Source: a virus
IMG/VR virus record: IMGVR_UViG_3300012202_000039
Span: 1-64,000 of that record
DNA: 64,000 bases
Direction: 5' to 3' (one strand)
Below the pieces are notes generated by a model that was given only the letters and a program-made list of their open reading frames with translations, was not told the DNA's origin and searched no databases. Of this stretch, positions 46,533 through 57,083 are shown piece after piece. Numbering within the stretch: the first letter of the stretch is position 1; each line of letters starts with the position of its first letter. The translations under genes and the position numbers were made by a program.

Positions 46533-47029
46533 TGATACCCTCCCTATCACGTAATCGCGCCCAGCAATTAGCACCACCTGCGATTGATTGGCGTTGGGTA
46601 GTTAATTTACCTAGTATACCCGGGGCTCCTAATTCAAAAAATATAGTTGTTGAAGCAATAGAATTTCCTCATTTTAGTATATCTGCTATTCCTAGGTTTA
46701 ATGGAGCTTCTAATCGTCATTATCCTGGTATATCAGAAATATCCGCATTCGCTATGACATTTTATGAAGATAATATGTTTAGTGCAACTAAATATTTATA
46801 TGCTTGGAAAAGCTTAGTAGTTGATACTAATGGAATTTATGGTGTTCCAGCTGATTATAAAAAAGATCTTCGCTTAAGAATGTATGATATTCAAGACCAT
46901 ATAATGTTTAATGGTACATTACAAGAATGCTGGCCAACTAATATTTCTTCTTATAGTCTTAATTATAATGATTCTAATCGTTTAACTATATCAGCACAAT
47001 TTGCTACAGATGGTTCTACGGTAGTTTAA
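46532..47029 (+). CDS. Third tube-fold paralogue
   Basis: YPG...MTFYED...AWK...WPTNI. Confidence 0.6.
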   Translation: MIPSLSRNRAQQLAPPAIDWRWVVNLPSIPGAPNSKNIVVEAIEFPHFSISAIPRFNGASNRHYPGISEISAFAMTFYEDNMFSATKYLYAWKSLVVDTNGIYGVPADYKKDLRLRMYDIQDHIMFNGTLQECWPTNISSYSLNYNDSNRLTISAQFATDGSTVV

Positions 47030-47128
47030 TTCTGGTTCTTATCTTTGGTCTATAGCTCGTGGGTTCGAGCTTGTCATCTAGTAGTTAGCGTACATGGTTA
47101 ACCCAATTTTTATTTTTAAGGAAATGTC

Positions 47129-48316
47129 ATGAATATTACTCCGGTTAAGCCTGGTTCTATTAATGCAGCTTTAGAAAAGCACACAGTATGGGAAGATGGT
47201 AACGATGGTACCATCATCTCTAATACGCAACCGCGAACTCCTTCCGCGGTGCGTATACCTGGACAACATAATAAGCAAAATATGGTCCAGCCCCCGCTAA
47301 ATCCCCCTGTATCATCTAATATAACTAATCCACAATTACCAAAAGGTTCTACTATTGGAGTAGAACCTTTAGTCGTTACTGAAGAACAGCATAAACCTAA
47401 AGTAGATCATAGAGTAGAAGTAGATAATCTCGAAGATATTAAGTATGTCAAAGCACAATCTAAGAATCCTAATAATATTCGTGAGTCTTTGCCTTCACAT
47501 TGTTTACCTTATGATTTTGATGATATTGAAATAAGACAATTTAAAGCTAGAGATTTATCCAAAATATATCGTTCAGCAATAGATGAGAATTTTTCATTAA
47601 TCGTTGACGCTATTGGTGCTACAGTTAATATAGATATTCGTCAATTAACTATGGGGGATTTTACATTTTTAATGTATTGGCATCGGATTAATAGTTATCC
47701 GAAATCGCCTTACATCATCGAGTGGACTAGTCGGTATGGTAATGCAAACAAATATACAGTTAATGGCACTAACTTAATTATTAATGAAATGAAGCTAACT
47801 CAATTAGAATTTGATACTTATTCTGGAATGGGTTTATGCTTACCTACAGTTAAAGATCTAGAAGTTCTACAAACTATTAGATTAACTCCTGATCAACAAT
47901 ATATTTATAACTTAGCCCAATTTATTAAAGGTGATTCTATTAAGGAAAAAATAGAAATCTTAGATTCTTTTGAAGATTTAAGTATTCAGGAGTATATTAA
48001 GGAATTTCGTGAAAAAACTGAACATGGCGTCATTGAAACTGTTAAAGTTATTGATAATAATTTTGATTTAAATATTAGTATTGCTAATATACAAAAACAG
48101 CAAGATAATCAATTAATAATGTTTAAGAGTAGATTTAAACAAAATATGCAGGAGTCTGAATTAATACGACTATTTCAGTTAAATATGACTCCACAGCAAA
48201 AAGACCTATTCGAAGAATTAGAGATTATGCGCTATCATTTAGAGCAAGGAAAGACGTATTTACCGCGGGAGGAGGAGCTAACACTCACAGTGAATGCCCT
48301 CAGCTTCTTTCCCTAG
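47129..48316 (+). CDS. Tail assembly chaperone / baseplate hub assembly protein (gp26-like)
   Basis: LPSHCLPY, LTMGDF.FLMYW.RINSY; ends SFFP; directly upstream of the tape measure. Confidence 0.65.
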   Translation: MNITPVKPGSINAALEKHTVWEDGNDGTIISNTQPRTPSAVRIPGQHNKQNMVQPPLNPPVSSNITNPQLPKGSTIGVEPLVVTEEQHKPKVDHRVEVDNLEDIKYVKAQSKNPNNIRESLPSHCLPYDFDDIEIRQFKARDLSKIYRSAIDENFSLIVDAIGATVNIDIRQLTMGDFTFLMYWHRINSYPKSPYIIEWTSRYGNANKYTVNGTNLIINEMKLTQLEFDTYSGMGLCLPTVKDLEVLQTIRLTPDQQYIYNLAQFIKGDSIKEKIEILDSFEDLSIQEYIKEFREKTEHGVIETVKVIDNNFDLNISIANIQKQQDNQLIMFKSRFKQNMQESELIRLFQLNMTPQQKDLFEELEIMRYHLEQGKTYLPREEELTLTVNALSFFP

Positions 48317-48503
48317 TATATCTCATAAAGATCTTCTAGATCGCTGGTATTCTTTAGAAAATCAAGAAGGTCCAGGGTTAAAAATAAATCTTGATGAAAT
48401 AGTAGCTGCGGATTTTCTTTATCTATACTCATTATATGAAAAAGATAAACGAGATGCTGTTTTACGTAATTACGTAAATAAATCACAGAAAAGCATAAAA
48501 TAA
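48294..48503 (+). CDS. Chaperone C-terminal extension ORF (probably reached by +1 frameshift)
   Basis: +1 frame overlapping TTC TTT CCC TAG at 48305-48316. Confidence 0.55.
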   Translation: MPSASFPSISHKDLLDRWYSLENQEGPGLKINLDEIVAADFLYLYSLYEKDKRDAVLRNYVNKSQKSIK

Positions 48504-48505
48504 AG

Positions 48506-51500
48506 GTGTTACAAATGGTTCAGCCCATTCATGCTTCTCTAGCTAAAGACATCCTTGGTAGTGGCGGCTCCAATGTGCCGGGGCGCGATCTCCGTATGGA
48601 GATCGATAATAAAAAGCACGCTATTAGGGGCATGAATGCAGCTAATCAAAATAGTCTTGCTTTAGTGGCATCTAACTCTAAAATAATTGCAGCTATTAAT
48701 AATGGCGGTAAGACTGCTTCGTTATTAGCATCTGGATTAAAGTTCGAACAAGGACAGTTAGCCCAATTAAAGTTGATATCATCACAGGGGGAGCGGGAAT
48801 ATAAGAAGATTTCTCCCGCTCTCCAAAAACAATTTGATATGGAAACTAAGTTTGATCAGATAACCCGATTTAAAGTACTAGAAAAGCCATATTACGTCAA
48901 TAACTTATTGCAGTTTAAACAGTGGAAATTAGATGTTAAAAATGCCGTATTAGAGAAACAATATCGGCATATGGTCGATAAAAAACAATTGGATATACTA
49001 GGTATTATAGCCGAGAAAATCGGTTTAGTTAAACACGGGAAATCTAGTAATCCTTTAGATATTGTATTAGGTGCTTTTGCTGGTGCAGCTAAGATAGCCT
49101 ACAGAGGATTAGCTATTGGCGTCGGTGCTTTAATTAAAAATATTATGTCAGGTGAAAGTATTAAATCCGGCATAGGTGGATTAGGTACAGCTTTAGGTGC
49201 TGTCGGTGGATTTTTACTAAAGGGTGGACCCTTAGGTATCTTAATAAAAGGTATAGCTATTTTAGGTACATCATTTGCTGCGTCTAAATTTGGCTCGTTA
49301 CTAACTGAAGAAAATTTTCAATTAGTAGCAGATAAAGCAGTTAGTGGAGCTAATAAAATATATGATATAGTATCTGATTTCGCAACAAGTATAGATGTTA
49401 AAGGTTTATTAGATAGTGGTAGTAAACGTATATCAGAAATATATGATAGTGCTAAAATAACTATTAACGAACAAATAGACGCTTATCAGAGAGTTGGATT
49501 TCAACAGTATATAACTAATATTTGGGACAATAATAAATACCTGTTAGACTATGCTGGCAAGAAGATAAGTGATCTATATGATGGAGCTAATAAATTTATA
49601 GATGGGCAAGTTAATACCTATACAGCAGCAGGTAGTTTTCAAGGTTATATTACTAATATATTTGATTCCACCGTATTAGCTTTGAGTGGTGCCTTATCTA
49701 GTATTAGTAATTATTTAGGTGGTACCGAATTTGCTAATAAAATAAAAGAAAATATGACGGCAGAGAATATTAAAACACTAACTACTATAGCCTACGACTC
49801 CTCTATAAATATGCTTAAATCGGGATTAATGACAGTATCTAACTTTGTATCCGGCCCTTCTGCTACTCCCGATCAAGATAAATCTAAATCAATAGGAAGT
49901 TTAGTTTTAAGTACAGCTTTAGACTTATCCTGGACAGCAATTAAATTTGCTTTTAGTACTATCGGTTCAGGTTTATTATCTATAGGACAATATGCAGCAG
50001 ATAAGTTAAGTGGTGTACCTATTGTAATAGGTGCATTGGCACCTATATTAGAGCCTATTTCACAAGTATTTAAATATATAGGTGGTAGTTTAACGATATT
50101 AAAAGATAATATTTACATCTATGCTAATAGTTTTAGAACTTTTGAACAAAGTTTTAGAACTATGCAAGAAATAGTAAATCCGGTTACAGGTACAATTGAA
50201 TTAGTAGCAAAAAATATAGAAACTACAGGATTTTTTGCATCTAAAACTATGAGTTTATTTCAGGTTATAGGGGATGCAGTTAGACCTTTTGAAGGTGCTT
50301 TTAAACTCATAGGTAGTGCTGGAGAATTATTAGGTAAAATAGCTTGGCCGCTTCAAGTGGTTTTTAGTATATTTGATTTTTTCAGTGGATTTAATAATGC
50401 TGCGGATAATTTACATATAGATAAAGACAAAATTACTACTATGCAAAAGATTGGTGGCGGTATTGGCGGTATTATTAGTGGTTTATTAGACTTTCCAATT
50501 AAAGCAATAAATTGGTTGGGTCAAGGTCTGTTTGGCGATAGTTTTGAAATAACTAGTGGCCAGGATATCGGTAATGCAGTTGGAGGTTGGCTAGCAAAAC
50601 TATTCACACCTAATCAGAAATTCCCCAATATAATGGGGACTTTAGTAGAAGGTTTATATTTTTTACCAATAACTGCTGTTAATTGGCTAGGTAAAAAGCT
50701 ATTCGGTGATAGTTTCTCTATAGGAAGTCCAGAAGAATTGGGTGCAGCTGTAGCTAAATCCGTAGAAAATGCATTTAGTTTTGTATCCGATACGATCAGT
50801 TTATTTGAAAAAATGGCTAATGAGATAGGTAATTTCTTTGTAAAATTATACCATAAAGCTACCGATTGGATTCCGACATTTAAAGTATTTAGTGAATTAC
50901 CTCCTGAACAAAATAAAGCTATAATGGAAGGTGCCTCTCAATTAGGCATAGGTTCTAATTTTATTCCCCCTCAAGCTAAAGGTGGAGCTTTTTCAGGTAA
51001 CGTTATTCCTTTCGCTGATGGTGGTATTGTAAGCGGACCTACTAACTTCGGTATTGGTGGAACTAATGCTACAGGATTAGTGGGGGAAGCTGGTCCTGAA
51101 GCTATTATGCCCTTACAGCGTGATATTAAAGGACGTATGGGCGTATCAGTAGCAGATTTTTATAAATTCAAAGATAAAGCTATCATTATCGGTAATGCGG
51201 CTATAGATGCCGGACAATCTACTATACAAGGGATACAAAATAATACTAATCCCTTGATGAATAAAATGACTAATACTGCTTCTAGTATAGGTTCTTCAGT
51301 ATCTAATACTTGGCATGATGCTTCTGGAAGAGTCTCAGATTTTATTCAGAAAATTCTTCCTGGTGCTCAAGAAGCTTCTAAACAAACGGGTATTCCTGTA
51401 GAAGCTATTATAGGTCAGGCTGGATTAGAGACAGGTTGGGGTAAATCCGCACCGGGTAATAATCTTTTTGGTATTAAAGCAGATAGTAGTTGGACGGGTA

Positions 51501-52255
51501 AAACTCAGACCTTGCCAACAAGGGAAGTGATAAATGGTCAATCCCAGATGGTTGATCAGGTATTTAGAGCCTATGATGATATAAGTGATAGTATTAAAGA
51601 TCACGTCAAATTTTTACAAGATAATAGTAGGTATACAAAAGCTGGCGTATTTGATGCTAAAACACCGGAAGCTTACGGTGTAGCTTTACAAAAAGCTGGA
51701 TATGCTACAGATCCTAATTATGGTTCTGCCGTTGCTGGTGCTGCTAATACAGTTAGAAATAGTCTTGGCACTGCGGGGACTTACGTAGCCAATACGGCAT
51801 CTAATGTAGCTTCTAGTGTAGGTTCAGGATTTAATAAGGTTAAAGAATCTGTCGAAGGTTCCGATCATAAAGCTATTATTGGTAATGCTTTAGGTGCTTT
51901 AGGTGTACCTCAGTCAGGTATAGATAGAATTATTGCTACCGCAGAAAATCAGACTAAAGGTATTTTTACTGCGGCACCATTATCTGCCGCATTCGAGCAT
52001 GGGCACGCTAATGGAATATTAGGTCAGGAATCTCCTTCCTCTTATATGCAGATACCAGCACCTGATAGAACTCAGTATATACCACCTAACCGTATTCCAT
52101 CTGATGATACTCCTAATGAGCACATAATAAAGCCAAATGATAAACAAAGTTATAATTTTCCTCCGGTTAGCACTACGCCGACGATAGATTCCATTCCTAT
52201 TATTATTGATAACATGGGATTAATCTTAATTAATTCTCGCCTACTAGATGCTTAA
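48506..52255 (+). CDS. Tape measure protein with C-terminal GH73 (FlgJ-like) muramidase
   Basis: Long amphipathic repeats; FADGG..GEAGPEAIMPL; QAGLETGWG, NNLFGIKA, FRAY and GYATDPNY. Confidence 0.88.
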   Translation: MLQMVQPIHASLAKDILGSGGSNVPGRDLRMEIDNKKHAIRGMNAANQNSLALVASNSKIIAAINNGGKTASLLASGLKFEQGQLAQLKLISSQGEREYKKISPALQKQFDMETKFDQITRFKVLEKPYYVNNLLQFKQWKLDVKNAVLEKQYRHMVDKKQLDILGIIAEKIGLVKHGKSSNPLDIVLGAFAGAAKIAYRGLAIGVGALIKNIMSGESIKSGIGGLGTALGAVGGFLLKGGPLGILIKGIAILGTSFAASKFGSLLTEENFQLVADKAVSGANKIYDIVSDFATSIDVKGLLDSGSKRISEIYDSAKITINEQIDAYQRVGFQQYITNIWDNNKYLLDYAGKKISDLYDGANKFIDGQVNTYTAAGSFQGYITNIFDSTVLALSGALSSISNYLGGTEFANKIKENMTAENIKTLTTIAYDSSINMLKSGLMTVSNFVSGPSATPDQDKSKSIGSLVLSTALDLSWTAIKFAFSTIGSGLLSIGQYAADKLSGVPIVIGALAPILEPISQVFKYIGGSLTILKDNIYIYANSFRTFEQSFRTMQEIVNPVTGTIELVAKNIETTGFFASKTMSLFQVIGDAVRPFEGAFKLIGSAGELLGKIAWPLQVVFSIFDFFSGFNNAADNLHIDKDKITTMQKIGGGIGGIISGLLDFPIKAINWLGQGLFGDSFEITSGQDIGNAVGGWLAKLFTPNQKFPNIMGTLVEGLYFLPITAVNWLGKKLFGDSFSIGSPEELGAAVAKSVENAFSFVSDTISLFEKMANEIGNFFVKLYHKATDWIPTFKVFSELPPEQNKAIMEGASQLGIGSNFIPPQAKGGAFSGNVIPFADGGIVSGPTNFGIGGTNATGLVGEAGPEAIMPLQRDIKGRMGVSVADFYKFKDKAIIIGNAAIDAGQSTIQGIQNNTNPLMNKMTNTASSIGSSVSNTWHDASGRVSDFIQKILPGAQEASKQTGIPVEAIIGQAGLETGWGKSAPGNNLFGIKADSSWTGKTQTLPTREVINGQSQMVDQVFRAYDDISDSIKDHVKFLQDNSRYTKAGVFDAKTPEAYGVALQKAGYATDPNYGSAVAGAANTVRNSLGTAGTYVANTASNVASSVGSGFNKVKESVEGSDHKAIIGNALGALGVPQSGIDRIIATAENQTKGIFTAAPLSAAFEHGHANGILGQESPSSYMQIPAPDRTQYIPPNRIPSDDTPNEHIIKPNDKQSYNFPPVSTTPTIDSIPIIIDNMGLILINSRLLDA

Positions 52256-52267
52256 AGGATTTTAATA

Positions 52268-52948
52268 ATGGCTTTAAGTAAGAATCCTAATTATCTATTA
52301 GCTATAACTCAACAAGATACAGGAATTAGTATTAGGGCAAATTTACCTGAAAATTTCGTGATTTCTACAGGATCACAATGGGAATCACGCATGGCTAACT
52401 TATCTAGTGTTAAAAATTTAATAGAAAATAACGCACCCGGAGCAACTAAATTGTTAGCTAGCGGAGCATTATTTGCAACCAATTTTGATCCTATTATTCA
52501 ATCTTTAACTTTTCAAAGTTGGCAAAGTAGTGCACCTATAGAATTTAATATGAGTATACAATTTGATGCTCAAACTGACCCTAAAGAAGATATTATTAAA
52601 CCAATGGCCATGCTACAAGCTATGTCCTTACCCTATATAACTGGCGATGGTAGTGCAGGGATATTATTACCTCCTGGACCTTCTCCAGCTTTTCCTAATC
52701 GTGCAAGAATTAGTGTAAGATTAGGAAGAATGATGTATATTCATAGTGTTGTATTAAAATCTGTTACTAACTCTGTTGATACAAGATTCGATAAAAATGG
52801 TCAACCCATTTCAGGCCAATCGGAAATAACTTTCGCCACAATTAATACTCCATCGTCGCAAGATGTAACTACATTTTATAGTGCTATAGCTGGAGAAAAT
52901 ACTGCCTATGGTACTCGTAGTGGTCTAATACCTGGAGTAGCTCGATGA
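52268..52948 (+). CDS. Baseplate/tube initiator (gp48-like)
   Basis: Position after the tape measure; tube-fold-like pattern. Confidence 0.55.
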   Translation: MALSKNPNYLLAITQQDTGISIRANLPENFVISTGSQWESRMANLSSVKNLIENNAPGATKLLASGALFATNFDPIIQSLTFQSWQSSAPIEFNMSIQFDAQTDPKEDIIKPMAMLQAMSLPYITGDGSAGILLPPGPSPAFPNRARISVRLGRMMYIHSVVLKSVTNSVDTRFDKNGQPISGQSEITFATINTPSSQDVTTFYSAIAGENTAYGTRSGLIPGVAR

Positions 52949-53319
52949 GTACTTCAACTGTACCAAATTTATATACTTTTTATAATCCGCAATATGCTTT
53001 ATCTAACATATTAGGCGTAGTTACAATTAAAGGTATAGATTATCTTGATATGTTAGATCCACGTATAATCAAATTTATTAATAGTGTTAAGAATTTCCAA
53101 ATTACTGTATATGATTCATCCGTACCTTTAACCACTTTAGCTTATCAAATATATGGTACAACAACTTTATATTGGACTATATTAGTTTTTAATGGATATT
53201 TTCATGAATTAGAAATTCCAGTCGGTGCAGTATTAAAACTTCCAAATCTTAATGATTTCAAAGATATATTTATTCCACAAGTAGCTGCCCAACGTCGTGG
53301 GCAAACTATAACGGTATAA
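52945..53319 (+). CDS. Baseplate wedge protein gp53-like (LysM)
   Basis: LAYQIYG...YWTILVFNG...G.VLKLP. Confidence 0.75.
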   Translation: MSTSTVPNLYTFYNPQYALSNILGVVTIKGIDYLDMLDPRIIKFINSVKNFQITVYDSSVPLTTLAYQIYGTTTLYWTILVFNGYFHELEIPVGAVLKLPNLNDFKDIFIPQVAAQRRGQTITV

Positions 53320-53321
53320 AA

Positions 53322-54512
53322 ATGACTAATAAAATAAATATAGGTGACCAGTATTATCTCATCATTAGTATAGATAATCAACCTTTTTATATATCTCCTT
53401 CTAGTTTTAGTTTATACATCACACAAAGTGTATTAACCAAATTACCTGTATTAAAATTGAATTTACGTAATGATCCTACAGGAAGATTAACACATTATTT
53501 TCAAGTTAGTGATGGTATATCTATTACTACAGAAATTGGTAGAGAAAGTGATCAAACTCGTAAAATAAAGAATTCTTGGCGTATGTTTGGACCACCAAAA
53601 TTTTCACCAGCAGCTGGTGGTATGAATGTCGAAATAATAGCAATATTAGATAGTATGGATTTTTTAAATAAGCAAGTACCACAATCTTATTCTAACATGC
53701 CAACTTCTGCAATAATAGATGCTATCGCTAATAGTTTAGGTTTTAAGACTAGTAATTATCGTGGAGAAAATACCATAGATCGCTCAATTGATACGCAAAC
53801 TTGGCGACCTACAACAAGAAAATATGCTGAGTTTGTTGATCATATAACTAGGCATGCTTATAATTCTAATTCTTCTGTATTTGTCACTTGTGTGGATGAA
53901 GAAAAAACTCTTTATTTTAAAGAACTTACTTCATTAATAGGAGTTAAGCCTAAAGGTATTTTTACACATAATGTAAGAGCACAATCCTCAACTAATCAAG
54001 TTATATATCCGATATTAGATTATAAAATTAAGTCTAATGCCGGACCATTGAATAGTCATATAGGTTTTGCTTTTAAAACTTTACAAGAAAGCTTAGGCGG
54101 TCTAACCACATCTTTAGTTAATACACAGATTACTCTACCTTCCAATTTTATTGAATTAAATAAAAATATTAAAGATTTAATTGGAGAAGGTAATTCTCTC
54201 TTTGAGTACCGTCCTTTAGATTGTGGAAATGTTCATTCTAATACTGAAAAAGCTTATTATCAAAATAAAAGAATAAAAGCTTTATATTCATCAGGTTTTG
54301 ACGTTTTAACTGAAACATTAACTAATGAAGATATATTATCGCCAGTTAGTTTTGATATAACGGATCCAGTTACCCGAGAATCTAATGCTATGTATCGTGG
54401 TATTTATTTAGTGTCAGCTAAAACTCGTTGTATAGTTGGTTCACGCTATTATGAAAAATTTAGTCTAGTAGCTGCCGGCCGTGCAGTTGATGATTTTGAT
54501 AGGGTAATTTAA
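53322..54512 (+). CDS. Baseplate hub protein (gp27/GpD-like)
   Basis: Size, synteny and GIYLV motif near the C-terminus. Confidence 0.65.
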   Translation: MTNKINIGDQYYLIISIDNQPFYISPSSFSLYITQSVLTKLPVLKLNLRNDPTGRLTHYFQVSDGISITTEIGRESDQTRKIKNSWRMFGPPKFSPAAGGMNVEIIAILDSMDFLNKQVPQSYSNMPTSAIIDAIANSLGFKTSNYRGENTIDRSIDTQTWRPTTRKYAEFVDHITRHAYNSNSSVFVTCVDEEKTLYFKELTSLIGVKPKGIFTHNVRAQSSTNQVIYPILDYKIKSNAGPLNSHIGFAFKTLQESLGGLTTSLVNTQITLPSNFIELNKNIKDLIGEGNSLFEYRPLDCGNVHSNTEKAYYQNKRIKALYSSGFDVLTETLTNEDILSPVSFDITDPVTRESNAMYRGIYLVSAKTRCIVGSRYYEKFSLVAAGRAVDDFDRVI

Positions 54513-54514
54513 TA

Positions 54515-55204
54515 ATGTTTGATCCAACATCACAATTAAAGAAACCTTCTTTTTTAGATCATGTTTTTAAAGCTAAAGTGGTTAATAATAATGATCCTTT
54601 GAAAAATCAACGTGTAACTATTCGTATAAATGGATTACACGATACTGTACAAGATGTAGATTTACCTTGGGCAATTAAACGTGGTAATTCTTCTATAACA
54701 GGTAATACAGGTCATACTGGTGAAGTTAGCGTGCCCGATATAGGTTCAGATTTACACGTAATTATGCAAGATGAAAGTGATAATTATCCTATTTACGTAG
54801 GTTACGGTTTCTTCGGTAACTCCATTCCGATAGAATTACTAAATTTAGATTATCCTAATACCGTAGGATTTATAGATAAGAATAATAATTTATTTTTTAT
54901 TAATAAACATACCAACGAAGTTAAATATAATCATAAATCAGGAACAATACTTAATATATTACCTAGTGGAGAAATACATATAATATCCTCATCCGGTGGT
55001 AATATTAATATTAGTTCTAATGGTACTACACAAATACTATCTTCAGGTATAACTAATATATCAGCTATGGATAGATTACAAATATTATCATCTAGTAGAA
55101 TAGACATTAGTGCACCTGCAATAACATTCTGGTCACCCAATGTTAGTACGATATCTACATTAATACTTCCAATTGGGCCTCTATCTCCTACTGTTAGGAG
55201 TTAA
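54515..55204 (+). CDS. Baseplate spike (gp5/GpV-like OB fold plus beta-helix)
   Basis: VVNNNDP...RV.IRI.GLH...LPWA...VPDIGS; HKSG; I.S repeats. Confidence 0.85.
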   Translation: MFDPTSQLKKPSFLDHVFKAKVVNNNDPLKNQRVTIRINGLHDTVQDVDLPWAIKRGNSSITGNTGHTGEVSVPDIGSDLHVIMQDESDNYPIYVGYGFFGNSIPIELLNLDYPNTVGFIDKNNNLFFINKHTNEVKYNHKSGTILNILPSGEIHIISSSGGNINISSNGTTQILSSGITNISAMDRLQILSSSRIDISAPAITFWSPNVSTISTLILPIGPLSPTVRS

Positions 55205-55207
55205 TCA

Positions 55208-55651
55208 ATGACTATACCTCCACAAGTAACTATACTGCCAACTAATATACATAGTCGCATAGTAATTTATAATGATATAAATTTAAATTTTACGATAGAT
55301 AATGATCCTTTTATTGTAAATAATGTCTTAGCTATTAATAAGAAAATAATTAATTTATTACAAACAACGATAGGCAGTCGACCATGGGAACCAACTTTTG
55401 GCTCTAGAGTACCAGATCTACTTTTTGATCCAGTTGATGATATTACAGCTTGGGAATTAGAAACAGCTATATTTGATGCTATACAAACTTGGTTGGGCAC
55501 TGAAATTCAATTAGATTTAACTAATACTTTAATAATACCAGATAAAGATAATGGAGAATTTCTAGCTAGAATAGCTTATATTATAAAAAAGAATAATGTA
55601 GTTACTTCTATCGAAGTGAATTTATCGCCAAATAACAATATGAGTATATAA
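55208..55651 (+). CDS. Baseplate wedge gp25-like
   Basis: NLLQT.IGSRPWEPTFGS. Confidence 0.85.
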   Translation: MTIPPQVTILPTNIHSRIVIYNDINLNFTIDNDPFIVNNVLAINKKIINLLQTTIGSRPWEPTFGSRVPDLLFDPVDDITAWELETAIFDAIQTWLGTEIQLDLTNTLIIPDKDNGEFLARIAYIIKKNNVVTSIEVNLSPNNNMSI

Positions 55652-55655
55652 AGCA

Positions 55656-57083
55656 ATGACAGTCCCTATTCCTCCACCGATAGTTCTTTCACAAATTACT
55701 CCCGACTTCGAAGATATCGCCTCTCAATTAATTTCCGATTTATCTACACCTACTTCAACTTGGGCAGATAAATTAACTGTTGATCCAGCACAATCTTTAA
55801 TTCAGATAGTTGCTGGAGTTGGTGCCGCTTCACAATTATCTATAATTCGTGCTCTTCAAGAGAGTATGGGAGATACGGCACAACTACCTTCTAGCCGATA
55901 TATAATTGCACGAATGTTTTCTATTCATATTCAGCGTAAAATAAGTGCTAATACTGTTGTCACTTTGACTAACAAAGATATAACACAATTTGTATTTATA
56001 CCCGCATATTCACAATTTAATGTGGATAATGATTTCTATTTTAATCGTACAGCAATAACCTTTAATGTAGGTGTAGCTACACAAATAGTTACCTTATATC
56101 AAGGTACAATTACTACACAAGATTTTATTAGCGATGGTACTCCATTTCAATCTTTTATTTTTGGTTTACAAGATTTTTCTACATCTGATATTGATTTATT
56201 TTGTATAGTTAATGGTACAATGACTTTTAATTCTATTACTAACGGCATATGGAATTACGGTCCTAACGATCAAATTTTTTATGAAAATAGTTATCCTAGT
56301 GGTGAAGTAGAGGTTAGATTCGGTAATAATATTTACGGTAAAATTCCTCCTATTAATTCAACTTTAGTTTTTACATATGCTTTAGTATCGGGCGTACAAG
56401 GTAATGTTAGTACTACCGGTAGAATAGTAAGTATTATTACCCAACCATTAATCTCTGGGGTTACTACTACTCCATGCGTAGGTGGATTAGAGCAAAAAGA
56501 TTCTAGTTTTTATAGTATAGTTGGTCCGACTATATTTGCGGCTAATCAGCGGGCAGTTACTCGTACTGATTACGTAGCGCAAGCCTTACAATACCCAGGT
56601 GTTATTGATGCTATATTTCGTGGTCAAGCAGATATAGCTCCTAACGATATTAGGTTCATGAATATAGTATATGCTACAATATTAACTAATCCGTTATTCA
56701 CTGATATACAGTTTCAAGCTTTTATTACTTATTTAAAAAATTTAGCCACCTATCAAGTGTTTATAGAAAGAGCTGATCCATCGCCCGTACCCGTTACAGT
56801 GTCTGCTACTATTTCTTGTAAATTGCAATCTAATCTCGCATCAATAATGACTACAGTATTAAGTAATCTAAATGCATTTTTTACTTTAAAGGTCGGTAGT
56901 TTAGGCTTTTCTATATATCGTAGTGATCTACATGATATTATATTAAATTCAGATCCTAATATTGTTTTCGTAGTAATAAATTCCCCAAATAATGATATTT
57001 TAGTTAATCAGTTACAATACGTTACCTTATCAGGTACACCAATATTAACTATGAATTATACTACTAGGTCAGTGAGTCCGTAA
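55656..57083 (+). CDS. Baseplate wedge gp6/J-like
   Basis: PDFEDI, VRFGNNIYGKIP, RAVTRTDY. Confidence 0.85.
   Translation: MTVPIPPPIVLSQITPDFEDIASQLISDLSTPTSTWADKLTVDPAQSLIQIVAGVGAASQLSIIRALQESMGDTAQLPSSRYIIARMFSIHIQRKISANTVVTLTNKDITQFVFIPAYSQFNVDNDFYFNRTAITFNVGVATQIVTLYQGTITTQDFISDGTPFQSFIFGLQDFSTSDIDLFCIVNGTMTFNSITNGIWNYGPNDQIFYENSYPSGEVEVRFGNNIYGKIPPINSTLVFTYALVSGVQGNVSTTGRIVSIITQPLISGVTTTPCVGGLEQKDSSFYSIVGPTIFAANQRAVTRTDYVAQALQYPGVIDAIFRGQADIAPNDIRFMNIVYATILTNPLFTDIQFQAFITYLKNLATYQVFIERADPSPVPVTVSATISCKLQSNLASIMTTVLSNLNAFFTLKVGSLGFSIYRSDLHDIILNSDPNIVFVVINSPNNDILVNQLQYVTLSGTPILTMNYTTRSVSP

Noticed and set aside
47030-47128. tRNA-like GGTTCGA in an intergenic gap
   Set aside because: Only a small AGCTCG/CGAGCT hairpin; no cloverleaf or acceptor stem could be built
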